A stretch of 12,033 bases of DNA from Promethearchaeia archaeon (GCA_029856155.1 JAHQWL010000004.1:1-12033), one strand, 5' to 3'. Shown: positions 1-8,392, counted from the first letter of the stretch. Notes: a model not told the origin generated them from the sequence alone. Program-made: numbers and translations.

Positions 1-1528
1 TAGTGTCAAGATTTAAAACATCTACAATTTGTTGAGTACCTTTAGAAGGAAGTGCTGCTGTAGATAAAACTACTAAATCCGCATCAATTATTACAATTTT
101 ATCTGTCAAGGATGAATAGACTCGAACTTTCACATTTTTAGTTTCAGGATCTTCAGAGATTTCACCTACTTTTCCTCGAATCATTTTAATACCCGCTTCT
201 TTGGCTCGTTCATAATACTCTTCAAATCCTTTTTCAGGAGTTCTTATGTCAATATAACAGATTGTTATGTTCGCATCAGGAAATTCTTCGAGTAATAACC
301 TTCCATTTTTTAGAGCAAGCATGCAACACACACCACTACAATAAGTTCGTTCATTTTCCCGACTTCCAACGCATTGTATAAAAACAATTTCTTTAGGTTT
401 CTTACTATCTGAAATTCGGTGCACATGGCCTTCAAGTGGACCATTTGGGGCAAGTATTCGTTCTAACTGAACTTGAGTTACGACATTCTCATATTCTCCA
501 TATCCATATTCACCAAAAGGTTCATATATATCCCAACCCGTTGCTATAATGATTGTACCAACTTCAACATCAACTTCTGTAGGCACTTGACTAAAATCAA
601 TAGCATCTAATTCACAAGCATCTACACATGAAAAACACTCAATACACGCGTCTCTGTCAATATCATATAGAAACGGTACTGCTTGACCAAAAGGAATATC
701 AATTGCTTTTCGCGCCCCCAAATGTTCATCAAAATAATTTGATACATAAACGGGACAAACTTCTGTACATGCTCCACATCCATTACATTCATCTGTAGTA
801 TAACGCGGTTTCTTTTCAATTGTTATCTTATAATTCCCGACGTGTCCTTCTACTTTCTTAACTTCACTATAAGTTAATAATTCAATATTCTCATTTCTAT
901 TGACTTCTAACATTTTTGGACCACAAATTCATATAGCACAGTCATCTGTAGGAAAAGTTCTGTCTAACTGAGACATTCTCCCACCTATCGTAGTTTTTTG
1001 ATCAACTAAATATATCTTAATGCCTTGATTTGCAAGATCGAGAGCTGCATTCATACCGCAAATCCCACCTCCAATAACCAATGTAGCTTTAGTGACCGGA
1101 ACTGTCTTAATTGGGACTGGCTCTAATCTTTTAGCTCTTTCAATTCCGCTTTTCACTAGGATTTTTGCTTTTTCTGTAGCCTCTTCTCTACTATCTGTGC
1201 ACCAAGAGCACTGTTCACGTACGTTTACCATTTGAAAGTAATAAGGATTTAAATCTGCTTTAGCAATTGTTCCTCGATAAATAACCTCATGTGTACGTGG
1301 AGTTCAAGCAGAGGCTACAATTCTATTTAAATTCTTTTCCTTAATATCCGCTATTATTTCATTTTGAGCATTATCTGTTCATAGAAAAGCATTTTTCTTA
1401 GCAATTACCACATCATCAAAAGTATTACTTACATATTCTACAAGCTCATCGCAATCTACTTTAGCCCTTATATTTACGCCTCATTGACAAGCATAGTATC
1501 CAATCCGATGATTTTCAGTATTACTCAT
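1..1528 (-). CDS. hdrA: Heterodisulfide reductase subunit A (FAD/Fe-S flavoprotein), putative selenoprotein with 4 in-frame TGA codons; 3' end runs off the window
   Basis: Manual translation from ATG at 1528: MSNTENHRIGYYACQ*GVNIRAKVDCDELV...NAFL*TDNAQNEIIADIKEKNLNRIVASA*TPRTHE...REQCSWC...LVIGGGICG (FAD binding)...LDRTFPTDDCAI*ICGPKM...CNGCGACTEVCP...CIECFSCVDAC (two ferredoxin motifs)...IIIATGW...QCVGSRENERTYCSGVCC...YIDIRT...DLVVLS. The only stops in 509 codons are TGA at 1481-1483, 1379-1381, 1304-1306 and 929-931 (codons 16, 50, 75, 200). An in-frame TAA three codons upstream of the ATG fixes the start. The track ORF 929..1231 is an internal piece of this gene. Confidence 0.96.
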
Positions 1529-1543
1529 CTCTTTTTACACATC

Positions 1544-1549
1544 CACCTC
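1544..1549 (-). promoter_or_regulatory. Shine-Dalgarno-like GAGGTG upstream of hdrA
   Basis: Plus-strand CACCTC at 1544-1549 reads GAGGTG on the minus strand, 15 nt before the hdrA ATG. This spacing is longer than usual. Confidence 0.35.
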
Positions 1550-2021
1550 TAGCTTTTACATAATTGTATATTCATAAATTTCTTAGATTTTTATTGGATG
1601 TTTTTTAAGTTCCAATATAAATCTCTTTTTAACGATCGATATTAAATATTTTTTTTAATTGTATTTACATTTTCAATATTTTTAATAGTTTTTGTTTCCC
1701 TATATAAGCAAATATTTGTAAAATCGTCACAATATCAGAATATTTTTAAGAGATAGTCAAAGAAAGAGGAATTTATGATCGATCTTAAACATTTGCATTT
1801 AAGAAATTTTTAATTTTTAGAGTTAAGAATGGGGGAATCACACTTTAGAGGAGATACTTTATATTTTTTATATTTCTGTAGTGGGAAATTGTTCACTTAT
1901 AAAAAATGAAAAAAAAAGTTTAAATTCTATTTTTTCTGTGTGAATTACTCAGATCCTTCGAGATTTTCAATAATTTTCCAGCTGATAGTATAAGAAGTTA
2001 TGCTAGAGATTCATCCTCAGT

Positions 2022-2047
2022 ATTATACTTTGGAATTATACTTTCGA
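2022..2047. repeat. 13-bp tandem duplication ATTATACTTT(G/C)GA x2
   Basis: ATTATACTTTGGA (2022-2034) is directly followed by ATTATACTTTCGA (2035-2047), in the divergent intergenic region. Confidence 0.55.
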
Positions 2048-2186
2048 AGATTCTTTTTAATATGAAAATTATCAATAAAAATATTTATACGTTATAGTTC
2101 AAATTCTAATTATATTATTTATTACGGCTATATAGAATATTACTTATTCGAGATTATTTAATCGCATTTGAGGGAGTAATCAAAGG

Positions 2187-5100
2187 ATGATGGAAAGTGA
2201 TCAGGTAAGGTTAATCCTAGAACGAGCCGAAAGGGAAGAGAGATCGTACAATTGGGCTTTAGTAACAACTTTGTATGAAGATGCATTAAAACTTTTCCAT
2301 AAGGAGAATAATGCAGAGAAAAAAGCGCAAGTTAATAAAAGGCTTGGTTATTCGTACGTGAAAGCAGCTAACCAAGTAGAAACTTCAGATAAATATAAAG
2401 AATTCGTGAATCTTGCGAAAGATGCTTATGAAAGAGCTGCAGGTTTTTTTTATGAAATAGGAGATAAAGCGCAAGAATTGGAGTGCCGAGCTGAAGCCTT
2501 TCACGATGCAGGATTGATTGCGATGAGTAAAAAGAAAGCACGAGAGGAATTTAAAAATTCCATTGAATTTTTCATAAAGTCAAGCGAAATTTTCTCTAAT
2601 GATAATGACCGATTGAGTAATGCAAGAGTTTTAACTCGAGCTGCGAAAACCTCATGGCTTTTAGTAACAAATTGCAATCAACGGGATGAACTATTACAAT
2701 TTAAAAAATCGGGAATAGAAATTTCAGAAAAAGCCTTGAAAATTGCAATGGAAGCTAATCATCTTGAAGCCATTGGAGAATCTCTGCTTGCTTTCGGTTT
2801 TATTAAGTTTGCTTTTGAATTGTGGATTGGTCCGTTTAGTTTTAATGGGCATACGAAGTATGAAACAGAAAAGTTTCTATCAAGTTTGGATGAAGCGATT
2901 TTACTTACTAAGGAATGTCAAAATGATGATATCTTAGCAAGAATTTATTTTATGTATGGCAATGCGCAATTTCATTTCGCAATTAGGTTTATTGAGGATG
3001 ATTGGGAACAAACACAATATTTTAACAAAGGCCTGGATTTTTGTGAAAGATCTTTAGAGTTCGTCAGGAACTCGAAAGATAAGCTCTTATTAGTAAGGAT
3101 TCTCTTTTGGTTAAATTATTTTACTACAATAGCGGGAAGATATAAGGTAATTCAGAAAAGAATTGTGGGAGATGTCAAAGAAGTGGAAAAAGCTGGCGTA
3201 ATTTTTGACTTTTCAAATACTCTTGGTTACTATTATTCTTATAGCATACCTGCTATGTACTATGGTACTTTTGCACGTAGGAGCTTTATAAGCTTGGAAC
3301 AAAGACAATTGTTTACTAAAAAAGCTATTGAATATGATAAGAATTTATTAGATCACACTTCATTTGCTCCATTTTTAGTATTTACCTATCAATTTTTAAC
3401 GGTTTTATACTCTCAGTTAGTATTATTCAGTTCAGAAAAGGAGGAATGTTATAAATTTTCGCAAGAAATGCTTAATTCTGCTAAAAAAGCTAAAGATATG
3501 GGTGAAAAATACGAAGGGGGTATGGTACGATCAGCAGGATATTCTTCCCTTTATAGAGCTTATAAAACATTAGCAGATATTAGTGAGGATAAGGAAAAGA
3601 AAATTGAAATGCTAAGTGCTGCAATAATTGAAGCCGAGAATAATCTTAGATTTATCGTAGAATCTCGAAGATTCATAATAACATTCCGTATCCGACTGGG
3701 ATTACTTTATGAGGAATTAAGCATACTTACAGTTGAAAACGATATATTAAACAAAGCAAAAGATCTATTTCTTGATTTAATCAGAGAAACTTCAAAATGG
3801 GGATTTTCTTATCATACAGCGACTATTTATGAGTATCTTGCCCGCATTGAAGATCGATTAGGTAATTATTCAATTTCTGCACAGCATTATGAAAATAGTG
3901 AAAAAGCACATGAAGTTTCATTAGAAAATATAAAATACAAACCCTTGAAACATAAAATTAATGAGAGAAGAGAATACTTAAATGCGTGGAATTTAATTGA
4001 ACTAGCAAAACTATCTCATAAAAGGGAAGATCATTTGAACGCCAAGAATTATTATGAGCAGGCAAGTCAAAAACTAACAGAATTAAAGTCATTTAGATAT
4101 GAAGCCAAATACTATACAGCATGGTCTATACTAGAGGAAGCCGAACTTTTTAGTAAAAAGGAAGAACATGAAGGAGCAATTAATTTTTATGAAAAATCTA
4201 TAAATAATTTTACCGAGGCTGGAGAAGATCTTAAATTAAATATGGAGAAATCTAAAGATAATGCTCAATTAGAGAGGATTGCTGATTTAATAAAAATTTC
4301 AGACCTGAGAATTCATTATTGTTCTGCCCGTAAGAATCTTGAGGAGGGGAGGTTATTAGCTAAGACAGGAGAGAATTTAATAGCAGCTGAAAAATTTTCA
4401 TCAGCAGCTTCACAATTTGCATCGATCTGTGAATCTTTTAAAAATGAGAGGGAAAAAGCGGAATTAGAAGCAGTTTTTTACTTATGTAAGGCTTGGGAAA
4501 ATATGGAATTGGCTGAAAGTTATCAAGATGCTAAAAGATTTTCCAATTCAGCTAATCTCTTCAAGAAGGCAGGTGAATTATATACCGAAAGTAAATTGAA
4601 ACTTTTAGCATCGGGTAATGCTAATATATGTTTAGCTTTAGAAATTGGCTGCAATTTCGATCAAATTATAGAACAGTCCCTTAAAGCCCGTTTGTATCCT
4701 CAAATTAAACTAATGCTTCGAAATGCTACAGAATCCTATAGAAAGGGAGGCTTTGATAAAGCTGCTGATTGGGCTTTTGCCACTTCCTCTTATTTTGATG
4801 CGGCTTGGAATATTATACAAGCTGACATAGAGACTAATCTGCAAAAGAAAACTCAATTATTAGATTTAGGTTCAAAACTATTGAAATCTACTGCTGAATT
4901 ATTTGGTAAAGCAGGATATGAAAGCAGAGAGAAGGAAGTTCTAGCACATTTTGATATGGTTAATAAGGAAGCAAAAATCATTATTTCCGCCTTAAACATG
5001 ATTAGTGAGCCTGATATCGCAAGAAGTACCACCGGTATCATAGCTCCTGCGTGTCCATTAGAAACCAGTTCATTGCCAAATCTTGGAGATGTCCGACAAA

Positions 5101-6026
5101 TTAGCGAGGACTTAGAGAAAAGCAAGGAAGAAATTATGAACAGAACCAAGAAATATCAACTAATAAACAAAGACCTTTTAATTGAACATCCTGAGCTTCA
5201 AAAAAATCAATTTAAGGTTGGAATTGCTCAAATAGGACTTTTTAAATCAGGAAATATCATGACCGAACTTTTCGAAGTGAAAAAATCAGGATTATTAGGA
5301 ATTAAAAGTGGAAACATTAAAGATATAAAGGAAAAAGTGAAAGATTTAATACAACAAGCAAAAGACGTAGGAATAAGCCTTTTAATATTTCCTGAAATGA
5401 CTATTGATCTTAATTACAGAGATGTTCTCGATGAACTCTTAGAAGTATCAAAAATTAATGAAATATACATAGTTCCCGGGTCGTATCATGATGAACAGAC
5501 AAAAAAGAATATAAGTGTGGTAATAGGTCCAAATGGTATTCTTTGGGGTCAAGAGAAATATATTCCTGCAACGATACATTTCGGCAAGGAAAGATTTAAA
5601 GAAGCTATTCAAACTGGTTCTCTACCTAGAAAAACCACAGTATGTAATACTGAATTTGGACGGATAGCGATTACAATTTGTCGTGATTTTCTTGACATGG
5701 ATCTTAGAGTAGAGCTGAAAAATCACGAACCTCACGTAGATATTATTATCAACCCTGCTTTCACACCAGTCACAGCAGATTTTAAAGCAGCACACTTCGA
5801 TGCGAGAAGATCCATTTTTGCCTATTGTTTCTTTGCTAATGTAGCGGAATTTGGTGAGTCCTTTATCCATACTCCTGAAAAAGATCGAACTGAAAGAAGC
5901 ATTCCCTCTCAACAAGAAGGATTGATTTACAAAGATATTGACCTCTTCAAGTTAAGATCTGAACGTAAAAAATGGGAAAAAGAACAATTAAAAGAAAGAG
6001 GGTTCATCCAAAGTACAAGAACGTGA
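2187..6026 (+). CDS. Large alpha-helical repeat (TPR/alpha-SNAP-like) protein with C-terminal carbon-nitrogen hydrolase (nitrilase superfamily) domain
   Basis: 1279-aa ORF with GAGGGAG at 2170-2176 upstream. About the first 940 aa show repeated A/Y/E/K helical motifs (AKDAYERAAGFF, SAQHYENSEKAH, AKNYYEQASQKL, AAEKFSSAASQF, LFKKAGELY). From about aa 1009 there are nitrilase motifs KVGIAQ, LLIFPEM (E1070), YIVPGS, GQEKYIP (K1124), FGRIAITICRDF (C1165), DIIINPA, FANVA and GLIYKDIDL. Confidence 0.88.
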   Translation: MMESDQVRLILERAEREERSYNWALVTTLYEDALKLFHKENNAEKKAQVNKRLGYSYVKAANQVETSDKYKEFVNLAKDAYERAAGFFYEIGDKAQELECRAEAFHDAGLIAMSKKKAREEFKNSIEFFIKSSEIFSNDNDRLSNARVLTRAAKTSWLLVTNCNQRDELLQFKKSGIEISEKALKIAMEANHLEAIGESLLAFGFIKFAFELWIGPFSFNGHTKYETEKFLSSLDEAILLTKECQNDDILARIYFMYGNAQFHFAIRFIEDDWEQTQYFNKGLDFCERSLEFVRNSKDKLLLVRILFWLNYFTTIAGRYKVIQKRIVGDVKEVEKAGVIFDFSNTLGYYYSYSIPAMYYGTFARRSFISLEQRQLFTKKAIEYDKNLLDHTSFAPFLVFTYQFLTVLYSQLVLFSSEKEECYKFSQEMLNSAKKAKDMGEKYEGGMVRSAGYSSLYRAYKTLADISEDKEKKIEMLSAAIIEAENNLRFIVESRRFIITFRIRLGLLYEELSILTVENDILNKAKDLFLDLIRETSKWGFSYHTATIYEYLARIEDRLGNYSISAQHYENSEKAHEVSLENIKYKPLKHKINERREYLNAWNLIELAKLSHKREDHLNAKNYYEQASQKLTELKSFRYEAKYYTAWSILEEAELFSKKEEHEGAINFYEKSINNFTEAGEDLKLNMEKSKDNAQLERIADLIKISDLRIHYCSARKNLEEGRLLAKTGENLIAAEKFSSAASQFASICESFKNEREKAELEAVFYLCKAWENMELAESYQDAKRFSNSANLFKKAGELYTESKLKLLASGNANICLALEIGCNFDQIIEQSLKARLYPQIKLMLRNATESYRKGGFDKAADWAFATSSYFDAAWNIIQADIETNLQKKTQLLDLGSKLLKSTAELFGKAGYESREKEVLAHFDMVNKEAKIIISALNMISEPDIARSTTGIIAPACPLETSSLPNLGDVRQISEDLEKSKEEIMNRTKKYQLINKDLLIEHPELQKNQFKVGIAQIGLFKSGNIMTELFEVKKSGLLGIKSGNIKDIKEKVKDLIQQAKDVGISLLIFPEMTIDLNYRDVLDELLEVSKINEIYIVPGSYHDEQTKKNISVVIGPNGILWGQEKYIPATIHFGKERFKEAIQTGSLPRKTTVCNTEFGRIAITICRDFLDMDLRVELKNHEPHVDIIINPAFTPVTADFKAAHFDARRSIFAYCFFANVAEFGESFIHTPEKDRTERSIPSQQEGLIYKDIDLFKLRSERKKWEKEQLKERGFIQSTRT

Positions 6027-6083
6027 GTCTTTGAAATATCTCTCTTGAAAGGTTTTTGAACGGTCTTTATAATATTGAAATTT

Positions 6084-7061
6084 CTAAGGAGCTTTTTCAT
6101 TTAAATATTCTTTATAATAATGAGATTTATTTAGTAAATATTTTTGTGCGATTGGTTTGAACATCATGGTAAAGAATCGTGAAATAGCAACCTTTTTCCT
6201 TACTGCATTGAAATAATCGTCGAGATTATACCGTTGATAATTCAGAAGTGCTTGACTTTTATCAGTTGTCATAAATCCACAATGAAATCCCCTATCTCGT
6301 CTGAAAGCTTCCTCAGGCAATTCATCAAAACCAATACCAAAAATATCTAGCATTTCCTTAAGATATTCTCGATAGGAAATTTGGCATCGTTCACCTCCAG
6401 CGATATGCAATATTTGGCCCCAAATCTCTTTACTTTCCACAGCATTAGTAAGAGCAAGACCAACGTCTTTAGTATCACAAATTTCAATACATGTATCAAG
6501 AGGCATTTCAAACATTAAAGGATCAATTTGCAATTTATTCAATGAAACGATGTATGTTAACCGAAATATCGCCCAGTCTAAACTCGAATTCTTAATTAAT
6601 TCCTCACACATTATTTTTTGTTTTGCATATTCATCATCATCATTAGGATTTGGTGTATCATTAGGTTTTATTAAGGGATTTTCAAGTCGATCACCATATA
6701 CTGCCACTGAAGATGTAAAAATAAGTTTTCGTTTATTAGGTTGACTTTCCATTGCCTTAATAATATTAACAGTTCCTCCCACATTCACCGATTCTGCAAA
6801 TTTTGGTTTTTTATCAGCAAGAGGAGGAATAATCGCTGCTACATGAACGACAACATCCATATCAGATACTGCTTTTTCCACATCTTTATAATTTCTTAAA
6901 TCTCCCCAAAATATTTCTGCAATTTTCTTATATTTAGTTGCTAATCGTTTATTCCTTTTAGTTTTAATATCGAAGATTCTAATATTATAATTTTTTTTAA
7001 GCAATTCATTCAATGTACTTAATCCTACATTGCCAAATGCTCCTGTTAATAAAACTTTCAT
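6084..7061 (-). CDS. NAD(P)-dependent epimerase/dehydratase family protein (extended SDR)
   Basis: N-terminal TGAFGNVG Rossmann motif, GDLRN, VVVHVAA, VNVGGT, FTSSVAVYG and catalytic YAKQK (YxxxK). Confidence 0.93.
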   Translation of the reverse strand: MKVLLTGAFGNVGLSTLNELLKKNYNIRIFDIKTKRNKRLATKYKKIAEIFWGDLRNYKDVEKAVSDMDVVVHVAAIIPPLADKKPKFAESVNVGGTVNIIKAMESQPNKRKLIFTSSVAVYGDRLENPLIKPNDTPNPNDDDEYAKQKIMCEELIKNSSLDWAIFRLTYIVSLNKLQIDPLMFEMPLDTCIEICDTKDVGLALTNAVESKEIWGQILHIAGGERCQISYREYLKEMLDIFGIGFDELPEEAFRRDRGFHCGFMTTDKSQALLNYQRYNLDDYFNAVRKKVAISRFFTMMFKPIAQKYLLNKSHYYKEYLNEKAP

Positions 7062-7135
7062 GATATATAACCGCTTTTCTTAAGCAGATCTTAAATTTAG
7101 CTTAAATTCTGCAATTTAAATATATTCTATTTTTA

Positions 7136-7158
7136 GATATGTCTTAATCTGATATATC
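7136..7158. promoter_or_regulatory. Putative operator GATATGTC-N7-GATATATC upstream of the SDR gene
   Basis: Two near-palindromic octamers at 7136-7143 and 7151-7158 with a 7-nt spacer. The same architecture recurs at 7193-7230 and 7905-7927. Confidence 0.55.
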
Positions 7159-7192
7159 CTATTATAAATAAAAAATAGTTTTCAAATATATA

Positions 7193-7230
7193 AATATATC
7201 GGAATCGAATATATCATGTTTCAATATATA
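7193..7230. promoter_or_regulatory. Putative triple operator AATATATC-N7-AATATATC-N7-AATATATA
   Basis: Octamers at 7193-7200, 7208-7215 and 7223-7230, with an exact 15-bp period. Confidence 0.55.
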
Positions 7231-7295
7231 AAAAAATTAAAAAAAGTGGTATGATTAAACGAGATTATTTACTTAAAGATCTTTCAGAATAATAT

Positions 7296-7874
7296 TTATT
7301 TATTCTCTTCTTTTAAACTTTCAATTCTTTGGTTAATCTCGTTAACAAAATTTTCTAATTTGTTAACTATTTTTGATAAGACAAGCTTTCTTTTTGTAAG
7401 AATTTTAAGCTTCTCATCATCAGTTTTTCCGATTAAACTTGCATCATCAATCAAGTCTGGACCAAATAAATCTTCGAAATCATTAGGGAGGGAGAAATTT
7501 GTGAGTCCTATGGTTGACATAATCATTGAAAGAAGAGATTTTCGCATATTTTGCTGTCTCTCAAGGAGTTTCTTTAAAGTTTTTCTACCTTTCTCAGTGA
7601 TTTCATAAACCTTTTTCTCTCTCTTTCCATCCATCTCAGTTTTAAATTCAATTAAACCTTTTTCTGTAAGTGATGAAAGATGTGGATATAAAGAAGAAGC
7701 TGTTGGATTCCATACTTCATATGTATCCTCTTTTATAGTGTGCATCAAGCTGTAACCATGAGAAGGTCCTTTTTCTAAAGCTAATAATATTAATGTGCTA
7801 ATGTGCCCTTTTTTCATAGATTGTTCAATTGCGTCAGCAATAACATCAATTTTTTCATTGTTTTTCCTACTCAT
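7296..7874 (-). CDS. PadR-family transcriptional regulator
   Basis: KKGHISTLILLALEKGPSHGYSLM, SLYPHLSSLTEKGLI and REKKVYEITEKGRKTL match the PadR winged-HTH pattern, followed by a helical C-terminal region. Confidence 0.93.
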   Translation of the reverse strand: MSRKNNEKIDVIADAIEQSMKKGHISTLILLALEKGPSHGYSLMHTIKEDTYEVWNPTASSLYPHLSSLTEKGLIEFKTEMDGKREKKVYEITEKGRKTLKKLLERQQNMRKSLLSMIMSTIGLTNFSLPNDFEDLFGPDLIDDASLIGKTDDEKLKILTKRKLVLSKIVNKLENFVNEINQRIESLKEENK

Positions 7875-7904
7875 AACACCGCAACACTAATTAATTCAAA
7901 AAAG

Positions 7905-7927
7905 TAAATATCAATTATAGATATATC
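7905..7927. promoter_or_regulatory. Putative autoregulatory operator TAAATATC-N7-GATATATC upstream of the PadR gene
   Basis: Octamers at 7905-7912 and 7920-7927 with a 7-nt spacer, 31-53 nt upstream of the PadR start codon. Confidence 0.5.
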
Positions 7928-8104
7928 AAATTCCGTAATAAATATTAATTTTTAGAGTTTTTATAAAAATTTTTTGAATAGAATTGTTAATGAAACATGA
8001 TGTTTTTGAATTTAGAAGCTAAAATAATAAATAAGTTTTTTAAGATTAGTGAAGATAATACTTAGTAAAGATAATGTAAACTTTAGAATGGTCTGATAGA
8101 TAAC

Positions 8105-8392
8105 ATGGTTTCTCAAATTGAAAAGTATAAAGAAAAAATTTTAGCGAAATTAAAAGAGCATGAGGTTAAAAGAGCCTCCTTATTTGGATCTATTGTAAGA
8201 GAAGAAATGACTGATGAGAGCGATATAGATATATTAATAGAATTTAAAGGAACTAAAAGTCTATTAGATTTGGCAAGGTTAAAAATTGAGCTTGAGGATT
8301 TGTTAAAATGCAAAGTAGATGTATTAACCTATAATTCTCTACACCCATTATTAAAAAATCAAATTCTAGCTGAACAGGTTAAGATTCTATGA
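8105..8392 (+). CDS. Minimal nucleotidyltransferase (MNT), MntA-type antitoxin
   Basis: 95 aa with LFGSIVREEMTDESDIDILIEF (GS-x10-DxD) and LEDLLKCKVDV. Its TGA stop overlaps the next start codon (ATGA at 8389-8392). Confidence 0.93.
   Translation: MVSQIEKYKEKILAKLKEHEVKRASLFGSIVREEMTDESDIDILIEFKGTKSLLDLARLKIELEDLLKCKVDVLTYNSLHPLLKNQILAEQVKIL

Noticed and set aside
622-819. 65-aa minus-strand ORF
   Set aside because: Alternative frame inside the hdrA ferredoxin region with no recognisable motifs.
929-1231. Track ORF of 100 aa as a stand-alone gene
   Set aside because: It is codons 100-200 of hdrA, bounded by recoded TGAs.
1-1528. hdrA as a pseudogene, or genome-wide TGA reassignment to Trp/Gly
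   Set aside because: All four stops are TGA at Cys positions with no frameshifts. Other long ORFs have no internal TGA, Trp is encoded by TGG, and TGA ends the genes at 6026 and 8392.
1975-2016. Minus-strand ATGA-N11-AA-N19-GA pattern resembling a eukaryotic SECIS
   Set aside because: The helix above the putative GA quartet does not pair in register, and the site is about 450 nt upstream of hdrA, probably outside the transcript.
2743-5915. Short ORFs 2743..2937 (+), 4853..5149 (-) and 5622..5915 (-)
   Set aside because: Off-frame or antisense shadows within the 1279-aa gene.
6024-6059. Sec read-through of the TGA ending the TPR-nitrilase gene
   Set aside because: The domain is already complete, there is no Cys-motif context, and another TGA follows ten codons later.
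6550-8313. ORFs 6550..6744 (+), 7360..7608 (+) and 8113..8313 (-)
   Set aside because: Antisense shadows of the SDR, PadR and MNT genes.
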